From Phoronis australis (Eukaryota; Animalia; Phoronida): 64,000 nt of DNA. Within the stretch, counting starts at the first letter, position 1. Every line of letters starts with the position of its first letter. Shown here piece by piece: positions 1-12,303 of this stretch. A model generated the notes under the pieces. The model was not told where the DNA came from. It made no database searches and saw nothing but the letters and a program-made list of their open reading frames with translations. The stretch spans positions 146,138 through 210,137 of the forward strand of contig NMRA01000402.1 in the NCBI GenBank assembly GCA_002633005.1, read 5' to 3'. A program made the position numbers and the translations under genes.

Positions 1-435
1 ATACAGTCATCCATAGTAATGAGTGCAGAACGATAGACAGTTATCTTGAGCTTGTGTTGCCAGTAGAACAGAGAAAGTCAAAAATAGTTTTGAATTAGGT
101 TAGACCTCGTGCCCAGGGGTCATTATCTGGCCTCACTGTCATGCTTTAATGCTGTGGAGAGAAGTTTAGAGTGAGTCCGTTGTTTAGTTAATGCCCTTTT
201 CTGGTCAACAGAGCCTTTAGGTTCATGAGCGCTCCCTGGCTGTTGTTTTTCTCAATATTTAAGGCTGTTGAATTTCACGGTATTGTTGTAACTTCTTCGA
301 GACCATCCTGCCATCGAATTGCTACAGTGTGCTGTAAAGTAATCAAGTGATACGTGCAATGAGACCTGGCGTAAAATGTTATCTTTGTGTGAAACAATGA
401 CTTAGAACTACCCACAACTGTCATTCTTTTTTCAG

Positions 436-479
436 GATTCTACCAGCGCAAATGTTCTTAAGGGTCTGTGTGGATTTCA
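436..479 (+). CDS. FAAH: FAAH-like internal exon (DSTSANVLKGLCGF)
   Basis: ttcttttttcag acceptor, gtaag donor; phase 0 to 2 fits the next exon. Confidence 0.7.
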
Positions 480-3400
480 GTAAGACTTTTTAAGATTTTT
501 AGTAATCATCAATTCTTGAAAGTACAGTGTACCATTTGGAAACTATTGATCAGGAGCACTGCTCTGTACTGGTTTTGCATAGATGAGAAGAGCACTTTGT
601 GTACTGGTGATGGCACCAATAGAAATGTGTCTTGTCTCAATTTTTATGCAACATGGTCTGTTTTGTGCTGGTTAGTCATTAGGGTGTTATGTTGACCCTA
701 ACTTGTTGGATTTGATAGCAAAGGATCAGGTTGTCCACTTGACTGGTGTAGCCAGTATCTTACACTCTTGATTAACTCCATCATCATATCAAAGTTGGAG
801 GGCCAGCTCTCTTTTGCCCGATAATTGCTGTAATCTCTGATAAGATATTACAGTACCTAGCCTGACTGTATTGTACTGTAGAAATAAAAGACAAGTTATA
901 AACAGTTTGAACATTAACCAATAACAATTCTAAATTCCTCGTCAAATGCTGATTATGTTTACTTTTTCAATCACCAAAATTTCCCAATTACAACCCAAAT
1001 TAAGACAATTTGTCCCAACCTATTACAGTTTCATTAACTCTTTGAAGCATGGTAGATAATTGGCCTGCATGTTGCCATACCAGACAAAACCCAACAGATC
1101 AAAAATCAGATAGATTCTGTTAACCAACCTTATGGTTTTATAGCAGTGACCTGCAGACTGGGCCAAAAAGTATTTTCTACAGGAACTTTTGCCATGGAGG
1201 CATAGTCTTTATAAAGGACTTGATTTCCCCAGACGGTAACATTTTGAACTATAATATTGTGGATGTTTTAGGTAAAACAAACTTTATGGAGTATAATAGT
1301 CTAATTTCAGTGATATTTAAGTACCAAGTAACAATAATGTGCTATTGATAGAGTTGTTAGTTTTGGTGCCTATTGTCCTGTTATGCCAACGATTTTAATG
1401 AAACTGAAAAGTGGTGGGAGATGATGTCAACATATTTGTACACAATTAAATTATAGTTCCGAAGTCTCAAAAGCGGAGTCAAAATGGGCCAAAGAACTGA
1501 ACGTAAATACAAATAATTTTTCATGGGAAGATATTTATTCCCTTCTATATAACACAAGAGACCCAAGAATTAGGTGGCTTCAGTTCAGACTCTTTATGAG
1601 AATTTTGACTACTAACTCATTTTTAAAAATAATTCAAGTTACGGATGAGGACTCTTGTTAATATTGTGGACAATCGAAAGAGACTTTGAAATAATTATTT
1701 TGGGAATGTAAAACAGTAAATTCATTTTTTTACAAATTAAAGTTAATAACGAAATTTTAAACAATGCAAATCCCCTTTGTGTCGGTACTCTTTCCTGTAA
1801 CAATTTTGTTTTTGGCTTTTTCGATAAAAAGGAAAATTTTAAAAACATTGTTTCATTATTGGGTGAACAGATTTTTTATACCCAAAAGTAAAGAATACTT
1901 CTAAGTAGGTTTTTTAACTTCATCAAACAATATTCCATGAATGAAAAAAGATGGCGTAACTTTGAAACTGTTTTTCATAGCAGTCGGGAGGATTAGTTGT
2001 GGGGTATGCGCGCGCGCGTGCGTGCGTGTGTGTGTGCGTGTGTGTGTCGGTGGTGGTGTTGTCTTATTGTGTTAAATTGTAAATGTTCTCATTGCATAAA
2101 AACTCAACAGTTAACAAATGAGCCAGATGTTATCTGATGCTCAGAACGTGAATAGTCTGATAAGTCATTGAACCACAGAAGGTCCTAATGAATTTTTAGT
2201 GCCTTTGTCTAATTACCCCCTTGCATAGCTTTGTATTCAGGATTCCAATCACTTTCATTTTCTGTGTTTTTTAGATCCATAAGTGAAATGTTTGAGTCGA
2301 CTATTGAACTTGAGGTATGGATTGTCACTTAAATTTTATACTCGTGGCATGTGACTTACGCAGTATGCAGTTACACTTGTCTAGTTGCTTGCAGAATTTT
2401 ACTTAGCTAGAGCCGCCCTGGATGTTTTAGATGCTGAGTGATGTGTTAAAAGACATTTTGTACATGAAGAAAACAACAAATTTGATTTGACTCAAAATGA
2501 TAATTACCAAAACTACCCCGGTGCCAACATGGTTGCTGTGTGTGATTTAAATTGTGTAAAGCACCGATGAATGGCAATACAGCAATGTCATGGTTGCTAT
2601 AATCTAACGCTCTTATACGCGTGGGCCTAGTTTGGAAGGTGTATTGTTTTGTTGAGGCTATTGGACTGATTTTTATCTTGGGTTTCGTAACTGGAAATTT
2701 GCATATTATCATTTTTTCAGAAATGGCGAGAAACCAACATCCATGACTGGAACTTGCATGGGCTGGATGCTGTCATTTGTCCTGGCTCAGGGCCAGCTCT
2801 ACCAATTGGCTACCCTGAAAGAGCATCACGTATGTAGGAATAAGAGCCGCATATGAGGGCAATTTTATATTTTCCTCTGTATCTTTGTGGTTCCTTGATG
2901 GCTTTTCATGAAATTCGGAAAATAGGTTTTTGGTACGGAGGCGATGATGCCATATCATTTTCTGATAGATTCAAAATATTTTAAACCACCTTGTGCCCAT
3001 TTTGTTATTTTTGTGTCTGTTTTCTGGCGTCCGAGTCTCTATGTGCCATACCGCTCAAATGATCATTACGAAGACTTTCCAGATGTGTTGCTGATAAGAA
3101 GGACATGACTGATGTTGACTTTCGGACTGGTCTGAATACTGTGGCACCCCCTAGTGACAATTTTGTTTTCTTTTGCGTATACAGTGGCATCTCTACCCTT
3201 TAAAGGAACTTGGTGAAATTTGAGATATATTCCTTAGGAGCCATTGACAAATGGTAACGAGGTGTTGAATTGGTCAAGATATCACTGTGCACACTTGTGT
3301 AGCATTTTTTATGTTCTCTGTATTTTCGGATTTCAGTAAATGTATTTTCATGAAATTCAGCAAATAGGTTTCTATTAAAGGCGAAGGCAACCTTTTTCCA

Positions 3401-6400
3401 TGTCNACCAATTGGCTACCCTGAAAGAGCATCACGTATGTAGGAATAAGAGCCGCATATGAGGGCAATTTTATATTTTCCTCTGTATCTTTGTGGTTCCT
3501 TGATGGCTTTTCATGAAATTCGGAAAATAGGTTTTTGGTACGGAGGCGATGATGCCATATCATTTTCTGATAGATTCAAAATATTTTAAACCACCTTGTG
3601 CCCATTTTGTTATTTTTGTGTCTGTTTTCTGGCGTCCGAGTCTCTATGTGCCATACCGCTCAAATGATCATTACGAAGACTTTCCAGATGTGTTGCTGAT
3701 AAGAAGGACATGACTGATGTTGACTTTCGGACTGGTCTGAATACTGTGGCACCCCCTAGTGACAATTTTGTTTTTTTTTGCGTCTACAGTGGCATCTCTA
3801 CCCTTTAAAGGAACTTTGTGAAATTTGAGATACATTCCTTAGGAGCCATTGACAAATGGTAACGAGGTGTTGAATTGGTCAAGATATCACTGTGCACACT
3901 TGCAGCATTTTTTTTTACGTTCTCTGTATTTTCGGATTTCAGTAAATGTATTTTCATGAAATTCAGCAAATAGGTTTCTATTAAGGAGATGATAATGCTA
4001 TCACATTCTCACACAGACGTGGTGTTATCTGCGCCACCTGGTGGCCATTTTTTGATTTTTGCGTCCACTTTCTGGCATCCTCCTCACTATCTCCTATACT
4101 ACTTAAAGGATCATTATGAGAATTTGCAGAATGAGTTCCTCAGTGATGAGAAGGCCAAGACTCAAGTTGCCTTTACGACTGGTCCGACTACTATGTGGCC
4201 TTCTTGTTTTTTTTTTGCGTCTGCGGCCAAATCTACTTAACCCATCGAAGGAGCTTTGTGAAAATTTGAAAGGTGTATTCCTATGAAGCCGTCGACTAAC
4301 TGTAATGAGGGTTGAACTGATCCAAATACTACTGTGCCCCACTAATTTGGCAAAAAAAGTTTCTATTAAGGAGATGACAGCTCCTTAACATTTGCTGAGC
4401 CTCTCAAAGGACAATTATGAAAATTGACAGTTGTGTTTCCGGTGGGAAAACCCTGGTTGGTATTGATTTTCGGATGTTTTATACTATTCTGGCACCCCTT
4501 TGAGCAATTTTGCTTTTTTTCATCTCCGGCTATGTCTCCTTAACCTTTTGAAGGATCTTTGTGACATTTGGCAGATGGGCTTAATTCTTTCCACATGTCA
4601 ACAGATGATGATGAGTTTCGGACCAATTGAAATATAGCTGTGCCCCCTAGTGTCAATTGTTTTTATGTTTGCTTCTGTATCTTAGGATTTTCTTGGCTTA
4701 TTTCCATGAAATTTGTCAATTAGTTGACCGTATATTACAGGGGTGACATCTTCTCAATTCGGATGGGTTTGACGCATTTTTGGCCATCTATTGGCTGTTT
4801 TTATGATACTAAAAACACACATAGAAGCTCAAAGCACTATGCTCCACGTTGCTCTTCTAAAAACAGAATCTGCTGTTAAAAATTGAGTCTGTTGAGTGAG
4901 TGAAAAAAAAAAAGTTTGACTGCAACAGAATAAAAGAGATTGTCATGTATTGCACCTGCTGCTCCTTTGTTAAGTAACTGTTCCTGTCTTCCGTCTCTCA
5001 TACTAAGACTGACTAGGCTTGTGTACCGAACCACATATTAAAGATGTATCTGTATGCTCCTAACTATGCTAATGTATAACCGGAACTATCCGCCAATGCT
5101 ATTTGAACATCATCCACGCTTAACAAAGTGCTGTCACAACTTGCAAATGTGGAAACAAATTTCTGCAAATAAGTGGCCTTTGCACTAATGACATACCTTG
5201 GGGGATCACATAGCCCACATCATGCAGTGTTATTCCCCAACACCACGTCGCGATACTTACTGGATACTGCTGAGTGATTTATGGTGGATCATTTTCAACA
5301 CAAAACTCTTCAAAGGTCTGCGTATTTGGATAAAACTTGGCATGTAGGCATTTATTAGTGAGATGACACTATCCACCCGTTTTCGGATAGAATCAACGTA
5401 ATTTCCAGCACCTAGTGGCCATTTTTACTGTTTTTGAGTATGTTTTTAGTCGTCCACCTCTCTATCAACCAAACCGCTCTAAGTATGATTCTGGAAATTT
5501 GCATGTATGCTCTTACTATGAAGAGGAAGGCTGACCATGATTTTCCGATGACTTCAGCTACTGTGGCACCTCCTAGTGGCATTTTCGTTTTTTGCGCCTA
5601 AGGCTGTATCTCCTAAATCGTCTGCAGGATCTCTACTAATTTTAGTAAGTGCATTTATATGATGTTGACAAAGGACGACGACGACTTTCGGATGGATTTG
5701 ACTACTGGTGTGCCCCCTGGTGGCAACTTTATTTGTTTTACGTTACCTCTGTATCGTCAAAGGTCCTCAACCTATTTTCAAGCAATTTGGCATACAAGCT
5801 TCTGTTAGTGTGGTGACGCTATCTTTCCATTTTTGGATGGATTCTACTTACTTTGCTTCTCCTAGTGGCCATTTTTACTGTTTTCGGGTTTGTTTTTTGG
5901 CGTCTACCCCTCTATCAACCAAATTGCTTTCAGGATAATTGTGAAAATTGGCATGTATGTTTTTCCTATGAAGTGGACGGCTGATGATGATTTTCCGATG
6001 ACTTCAGGTACTGTGGCGCCTCCTAGTGGCAGTTTCGTTTTTTGCGCACCGTGACTGTATCTCTTAAACCATTGCAGGATCTTTTATAAATTCAACACGT
6101 GTATTTATTTGATGTTGACAAAGAACAATGGCGACTTTCGGACGGATCTGACTACTGGTGTTACCCAGGTGGCAATTTTCAGGGCTTGGAATTTTCCGCG
6201 GAAACGCGGATTTCCGCTTTTTCAAATGTGCTTTCCGCTTTTTTTATAATATTTCGCGTAAAAAAATCGGATTTGATATAAAATTTCCGCGGCAAATTCC
6301 TTTCTTACCGCGGCGTTGCAGACGACGTTCACTTCGAAAAGCGGAAGTTGCTCTTTATGTTTCGGAGGAACGTAAATTGTCAACATTGCCGGGGCATCTG

Positions 6401-9259
6401 GGACAGCGTGGTTGGATTTTCAATGGCGTCTCGTGTTATTGTTAAGCGCGGTGACAAATACTACCGCTCTGCAGCCAAAAATGTGTGGGTTGGGAGTGGA
6501 CGGGCGAGCTAAAAGGACGCAGACGCATGCTACTGATGGTGGTAACGTTTTTTTTTTTTTTTTAGTCCTCCCGATTTTTGTCAGGGAAAGGTTCACATTG
6601 ACCATTTCAAGGCTGGTTATCGGGCATGATTTGGGCCGTAAAAGTTTCAAAGTTTCCGCGTTTTTTGTCATTGGTCATTCCAAGCCCTGAATTTTAGAGT
6701 TTACGTTTTACCGTATCTTCAAGGGTCCTCAACGGATTTTCATAAAATTTTTAATACGGGCATCTGTTGGTGAAACGACGCTTTCCTCCCATTTTTGAAT
6801 GAAATCGTGGTATTTTGCGCCACCTAGTGGCCATTTTTGCTGTTCTCTAGTCTGTTTTTTGGCGTCCACCCCTCTGTCAACCACATCATTCTAAGGATGG
6901 TTTTGAAAATTGGTGTTTATGTTCTCTGTGTGAAGAGGATGGTTGACGATGACGACTTTGACTACTGTGGCGTCTCCAATGATAGTTTTGTTTTGTTTTG
7001 TTTTGCGCCCATAGCTGTATCTCCTAAACCCACTGCTGGGTCTTTATTTAATTTTATAGTAAGTGTATTTATATGAAGCTACCTACAGACAATGACGACT
7101 TTCAGGCGGATCCAATGAACACTGCCCCCTAGTGACAGTATTCATTTTATTCTGTTTTCCTTTGTTTCTTTGAAGTTCCGTGACATATTTCAATGAAATT
7201 TGGTGAATATTAGCTTTCTATTAAAGAAGCCGTGACATGTTCCCATTTTCTGATGGATTGTACGTTTTTGCGCCATCATTTTTATAACCAATAAACAACT
7301 CTAAAAGTGCACCGTTTGCGATGCATTTGTTGTCGCATTCCAACGCTCTGCGTTGCTCTTGTGATTATTTATAACAATTGTTGCGTGTTATTTTCATATT
7401 TAGTTCACCTGCTTTTCAGATGTAGCAGCACTTACTTCTGTGTTTAACATACTAAACTTCACCGCTGGAGTTCTTCCTGTTACCACGGTGACAAGGGAAG
7501 ATGAAGATGGAATGAAACACTTTCCTTCCTCAAGTCTGTCTCAGAAGATGGCGAAGCAGGTACTCAGCTTTTGCTATGTTACCAAAGACAGATTTTCTCT
7601 TTCTTGGTTTAATTTTCTTGCCTTTGTCAAGAAAAGTAACTTGTGAATAAAAATATTTAATTTTGAATGTGAGAAGTTCGCTATTTTGTTGTTTTTTTAC
7701 TAATTTTGGGTCTGTTCTTCATTTTCATACAAATGGCTGTACTTCAGGAGCAAGTTTTCGGTTATACATAACTGGTTAAACGCATGACACTTTTCATTGT
7801 TCACAGTCTTTATTCCGCTATGTTCATACCTGCGGAACAAAACTCTACTCTCAACTGAACATAGATAAAGTAACTGACCTAGTGACATAATTAAAAGACA
7901 CACGATATTTCAAAACATACTTGCTTCATTCTCGAGTGAAGATAAAATGACAAAGTAATGCCACCACAGAGCATAAGCTGATGACACACACAGTAGGACA
8001 TGGCGGGTGTGAAATACTGCAAAGAATGACTAATGCAAGGGGTAACAGGAAAGTTGTGCAAACAAGTGTAACGTGCGGCGCGACCCTGTTTGCTGCTCAT
8101 TCAAAACAGGCTTCTCAATTGCAATTGTGAACAATGAAAAGTGTTGCGCATTTAACCATTTCATACAAATGAGGAAATAAATGTGCATGGTTCACTATAT
8201 GTAAAACGTTGTCCCTTTAATTATAATCTCCAGAAAATTTTCAGCCCTTTATTGTCTCTATCCAACATTGTGATTGTGCCAGTTTGCCATGAAACTGAAG
8301 ACGTTATACAGTCACATGGTTGATTGTCAGGACTTTTGGTTCTTTCTTCAAGACATCCAGAGTAAAGTCCTTACAGTGATCTCATTAATGAAATTTAAAG
8401 CTACATTCTGTCTTAGTTCCATTATCATCTCAGAACCAAATCTTTATAGAGGATGTTGGATGCTTTCGGATTGTTGGTTAAGATCACTTATTTGCACTCT
8501 TTGCAGTCACTGTCGTTGGTGTTTATTCCTTAACCGATGTGTTAAAGGAAGTCATTCTTTGCAAGAAAACTAATTTTATTGAGAAATTAGCAATGGCATG
8601 GAATGGAACCCTCGTGCTCTGCAGTAGTTGTCCAAAGCTCTGCTACTGAGCCAAATCTCATGGCATTGTTAGTGTATTTTATGTATATTTATGTGGTAGA
8701 CACTGGTCTTAGCTTCTCAAATGTCTGGCAGACAACTGCGAGAATTGGCGATTTGCAACAAAGTCACCAAAACATTGGATTTTGTTTGTTATAGCTCTGG
8801 GGCTCATTCCAAGAAACTGATTTAGTTCATTTTTTACATAAGCCAAAGGTTTGTCTCAACTTCCAAACTAAATCTTAAAACTCGCAAATTAGGACAAATT
8901 TAAGTCAAACACTAACTTAAGTCAATATCTTTCTTGAAACAGACTTGAGGTAAACTTAAGTAAATAAAAAAACTTGACTGAACTTCACAAGTTGTCTTAG
9001 CTAAGTCAGTTTTGTTGAAACGGGCCCCTGACTAGCTAATAACTTTAAGACGTCCGTCCCATCCATTAGTAAGTCCACAAATTTACTTTTCGATTGTAAA
9101 ACCAGTATTGTATTATTATCATTTACTTGTTCTCTACAGGGCCTGTCCAACAACACGGTCGGCCTGCCTGTGAACGTACAAGTGGTAACCCTGCCTTATC
9201 ACGAGGAGCAATGTCTACGTGTTATGAAGGACATTGAGAAAAGCTTAAAGGACCAGTGA
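436..9259 (+). CDS. FAAH: 3' part (last 5 coding exons) of a fatty-acid amide hydrolase (FAAH1/VDHAP-like amidase-signature) gene; 5' exons lie upstream of the window
   Basis: Exons 436-479, 2275-2314, 2721-2829, 7420-7559 and 9140-9259 are all AG/GT-bounded with matching phases. They splice to DSTSANVLKGLCGFQ-SISEMFESTIELE-KWRETNIHDWNLHGLDAVICPGSGPALPIGYPERAS-HVAALTSVFNILNFTAGVLPVTTVTREDEDGMKHFPSSSLSQKMAKQ-GLSNNTVGLPVNVQVVTLPYHEEQCLRVMKDIEKSLKDQ*. This matches the FAAH C-terminus (LDVVLTP, YNCLDFPAGVVPVTTVTAEDE, VGLPVAVQCVALPWQEELCLRFM in the vertebrate protein, from memory). Confidence 0.9.
1180..2105 (+). mobile_element. Decayed 3' fragment of an L1/Tx1-clade non-LTR retrotransposon (ORF2 C-terminus with zf-RVT/CCHC finger)
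   Basis: Translation across stops and frameshifts gives GIVFIKDLISPDGNILNY (~1199) and TRDPRIRWLQFRLFMRILTTNSFLKIIQVTDEDSC*YCGQSKETLK*LFWEC (~1553-1709). This is the typical L1/Tx1 'W.Q..I..RIL.TN...C.FC....ET..HLFW.C' pattern. A (GT)n tract and an A-rich tail follow. Confidence 0.75.
2007..2047. repeat. Compound microsatellite (GC)n/(GCGT)n/(GT)n
   Basis: tgcgcgcgcgcgtgcgtgcgtgtgtgtgtgcgtgtgtgtgt read directly. Confidence 0.9.
2275..2314 (+). CDS. FAAH: FAAH-like 40-nt exon (SISEMFESTIELE)
   Basis: tgttttttag acceptor, gtatgg donor; corresponds to the SAGKLWELQHEIE segment of vertebrate FAAH. Confidence 0.75.
2721..2829 (+). CDS. FAAH: FAAH-like exon (KWRETNIHDWNLHGLDAVICPGSGPALPIGYPERAS)
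   Basis: ttttttcag acceptor, gtatgt donor; amidase W..xLDAVxCP motif. Confidence 0.9.
2801..3987. repeat. ~600-bp near-identical direct duplication (2801-~3380 vs 3406-~3987) across a single N at 3405; probably an assembly overlap of two haplotypes
   Basis: The sequence after the N restarts at accaattggctaccctgaaagagcatcacg, identical to 2801. The copies differ only by scattered SNPs and short indels. Confidence 0.85.
2841..4856. repeat. Degenerate ~150-bp-period tandem array (copy 1), possibly the body of a non-autonomous Helentron/HINE-like element
   Basis: Recurring unit with tgaaattt..., gactttcgga and (g)cccccTAGTGg/ac motifs. It ends in ..cacgttgctctt, similar to the end of copy 2. 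Confidence 0.55.
5290..7361. repeat. ~150-bp-period array with a ~450-bp three-unit higher-order repeat (copy 2), interrupted by a MITE
   Basis: cctagtggccattttt recurs at ~5411, ~5861 and ~6824; the last interval is ~450 bp plus the 516-bp insertion. There is a 3' hairpin caacgc-tct-gcgttg at 7341-7355. Confidence 0.7.
6180..6689. mobile_element. 510-bp MITE with perfect 13-bp TIRs and 6-bp TSD (hAT-like CAGGG termini)
   Basis: 5' CAGGGCTTGGAAT (6180) and 3' ATTCCAAGCCCTG (6689); AATTTT at 6174-6179 and 6690-6695. The host repeat unit resumes seamlessly across it (compare 5701-5780). Confidence 0.88.
7420..7559 (+). CDS. FAAH: FAAH-like exon (..TSVFNILNFTAGVLPVTTVTREDE..)
   Basis: cttttcag acceptor, gtact donor; amidase N-x-L-x-F-x-AG-x-x-PV motif. 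Confidence 0.92.
8800..9027. mobile_element. PIF/Harbinger-like MITE
   Basis: Imperfect ~27-bp TIRs gggctcattccaagaaactgatttag / ctaagtcagttttgttgaaacgggccc, with CTG on both sides (CWG 3-bp TSD). Confidence 0.7.
9140..9259 (+). CDS. FAAH: FAAH-like terminal coding exon (GLPVNVQVVTLPYHEEQCLRVM...*)
   Basis: tctctacag acceptor; amidase GLPxxVQ motif; TGA at 9257-9259. Confidence 0.92.
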   Translation, partial: GLSNNTVGLPVNVQVVTLPYHEEQCLRVMKDIEKSLKDQ

Positions 9260-9549
9260 TTATCGAATGTGATGTTAACGAGAATATGAGCTGAGGATTA
9301 GATGCTGTATTTCTCCTCCAGATCTCAAAAATCTGGACCTTATTCCTTTTTCAAGGCGCAGTTGTGTAAATGTTATCTGGATTAGACTAGTGCCCTGTCT
9401 AGGCTCTAAACACTATGTTCACAGAGTATAATTCTATGTGGAATTTCCTCCAAGGCCACAAACTTTTGACCAGCCACGGAATTGAAGTTATGTGATATCC
9501 TTCGCGCTGCTATAGTGTTTTGTATTTGATTTGGTAACAATTTTGTGAG

Positions 9550-9555
9550 AATAAA
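9550..9555 (+). promoter_or_regulatory. Candidate polyadenylation signal of the FAAH-like gene
   Basis: AATAAA ~290 nt after the stop codon, followed by T-rich sequence. Confidence 0.45.
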
Positions 9556-12303
9556 CATATTAGAACATATCAGAATGTATCATATTATATTGTATTATAT
9601 TATCTTGTTAATGCATTATTGTTTACTAAGCAAAGTCAAGGCATTTGTCTTTAGTGAAAATTTTGCCTTTTGATAAGAAACTAAAAACATAACCCCAGTA
9701 ACATAACAATAGTTCAGTGCACTTCTCTGTACGGTTACACCAGAAAAGCAAATAAAGCGAACTGATGTTGAAGAAGCTATGTGTTTAATCGAGATGGGAA
9801 AAGAACACGTTTCTGGTGTTCCCAGTATCAAAATACAAATCCGTTGTTGCCGTGGAGGGACTTTTCTTCCCATTTTTGCTGGAAAAAGTTAGAAAAATGA
9901 TGCAAGTTGGCTCACTCCTTGAGTGCCACCTTCGCTCCTGCCACTGAACGAACACATCCTAGAGCTACATGTACTCTGTCGTGAGAGATATTCGGGACGT
10001 TACCGTTCACATGTGTGACCATTTCCCGACCTGTTTCCCTATAAAAGGTGCCTTTCTGATTTAATCCCATGATGCATTTTATGTATTTGACTCTTTTCCC
10101 AACTGCAAATGCCAGTTACAGAAGTTACTTGTGTATGCCAAAAACTACCATAATTGGTTCTGCTCTGCGCTCGATTCGTGTTATGTAATGCGTCCAAGTT
10201 TGGTGGCCGCTGGGTGAAATGGTGGTATTCCATGTGGCATCGGATCACGCTGGGTACAGAAGGATCCGGCCGACTCATTTCAGGTATCGCGGGGGAAAGG
10301 AAGACCGGAACCGCTTCACCTGGCACTACATGTACGATACTATTTTGGAAAATATTTCAGAGCAACTACAAATACTGTAGCACCGCACCCACTGTTTTCA
10401 AAAAAGAAAAAAAAAACAGACCAGAAACTATCGCCAGGTAAACTTGCCTTATTCCATATTTGACTAGCTCATGGCATCTTTTCTTGTAGATCTACCATTT
10501 CGACAGTTTGGAGCTTTTTCATCAAAAAATTAACACTTCGATAAGCTTGTCTGATTGTGTTTTACCGTAATCTTGGGCATTCATTAAAAGTACAGTGCCT
10601 CAATGCTAGCACTCGCGAGGTCTCGTTTTTCTACCGATGCACTATTGAACTCGACTGCGTCTTGTCTCGTCTTCAGACAGAAATGACCACTGACATGTTA
10701 AGAGCAGCGGGTCACAAAAGGTCACAACGCACACAGACTAATGAAACGTGAATCCAAAGAAGCAATGGGAGGTTCTTAGGGAACAAAGTCAGCTGTCTGC
10801 AACGCACACCCTTGAGGTGCTCGTTCCTCACAGATTTTCCACAAGTTATAAGTCGAGACTCTAATGTTTCCAATACATGGCTGTCGTGTTCATTATACCG
10901 AATATTAGGCCTACTGAGTTTTCAGTGACTCGTATTTAGAGCTTGTGGTTCTACTCCGCTTACAAGAGATCGTTGATATCACAGAACAGTTTCACTCGAT
11001 GATATGCATTGGTATATGTTTAGCAATAAAGCTCTAAGAAACTGCTTATTCGGGAAAATTTTAACCTAGCAATAAGATGATAAAATTCGGGCTGTTTAAT
11101 TAATATCATTTGCCCGCTTCCGGTAGTCAGCCACTAGACACCCTGGCCGGGGAACCCATTTTGAGCTGTACATAAGGAATGTACAAGGTACAAAGGAACT
11201 GCTCATCTTCAAAGTGTACCCCGTCAATGCATGATCCCACACGAGGCCCTAGCCTTGACCTTAGGCCCCATTTTTATTCTCGAAGTCGATGAAACTAAGT
11301 TGCCTACACGGTTCCATGTACTCCGAGGCGATGTCGTTACTCCTCGTATTCTAATGATTTCTGTGTAACTAGCCTGCCGTAGGGGTTTCATATGTTACCT
11401 TCATATTCATTAAAGAATGATGATTGGCAGGAAATCATACAAGATATCATCTAAACGTCTAAGTCATGCAATAATTGCTTAACCGAGTAACTTCCATACG
11501 AATAACGTAACTCTTCCTCAACTGAAAAAAATTTTTGTAGGTGACTCCATGGCCGAGTTTTGCAAAATGAAAAGTACACACGAACTTTCACGTTAATTCT
11601 GTCAGAAGAAAGAAGCATGCGAATCAACCAGGCTTTGCAGCCTACCTGAGCAAGCTCAGCATTTCAGGAAATGTTCAACTGATCCTCTCGCACGAAAACC
11701 CAATGCTCGGCTTTCTTTCTAAATGTTTACTAGTGACTCAGTTCAGTCTCCTAGCCCTTTCGTCAAACAAACATTCAGAAGATAAAAAATACGTCGTATT
11801 TGATCAACACAAGAAACCGGAATCTTTCACACCGTCTAGCAACAAAACAACTGATGAGGTGGTAGCGTCGATTTCAGTTAAATTTGACTGAAAGCTTTCG
11901 TGAGGAATCGGCGATTTCTGATAAAATCACTAAAATGCAATTAGTTTTACTGTGCAGTGGTTGAAGTTGATATCTTCAGGAAGTCAACTATAAATAAAAT
12001 AACCCCCAAAAAAGCGTTTTTGCTGTAAAATCGACAGTGTTACTTTAATAACACGCTTGTACTATGGAATGCTGGTGTACTACATGTTATCTTATGCTAC
12101 GAGGTTAGGTGTCCAGGCGTTGACATGTATTATCACTCTTGCATAGGCGGCGTGGAATTCCATGACCTCACGACGATATCGGGAATGCAAAAGGTCCCCT
12201 CCCAGATAACCAGATTGTGACGCGATACAGCGAAGTATATTAATTAGATGCGTTGAGAAAAAATACTCTTGGATGAGAATTTGACTCACAGTCGAAAGAC
12301 AAA

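Noticed and set aside
2773-3563. Twin minus-strand ORFs MIWHHRLRTK...
   Set aside because: Products of the N-gap duplication and antisense to a FAAH exon/intron.
6099-6690. Overlapping short ORFs (60-95 aa)
   Set aside because: They fall within the GC-richer MITE and show no transposase or other motifs.
2841-7361. CRISPR-like interpretation of regularly spaced conserved words
   Set aside because: Eukaryotic intron; the 'spacers' are homologous to each other, the period is ~150 bp and there are no cas genes.
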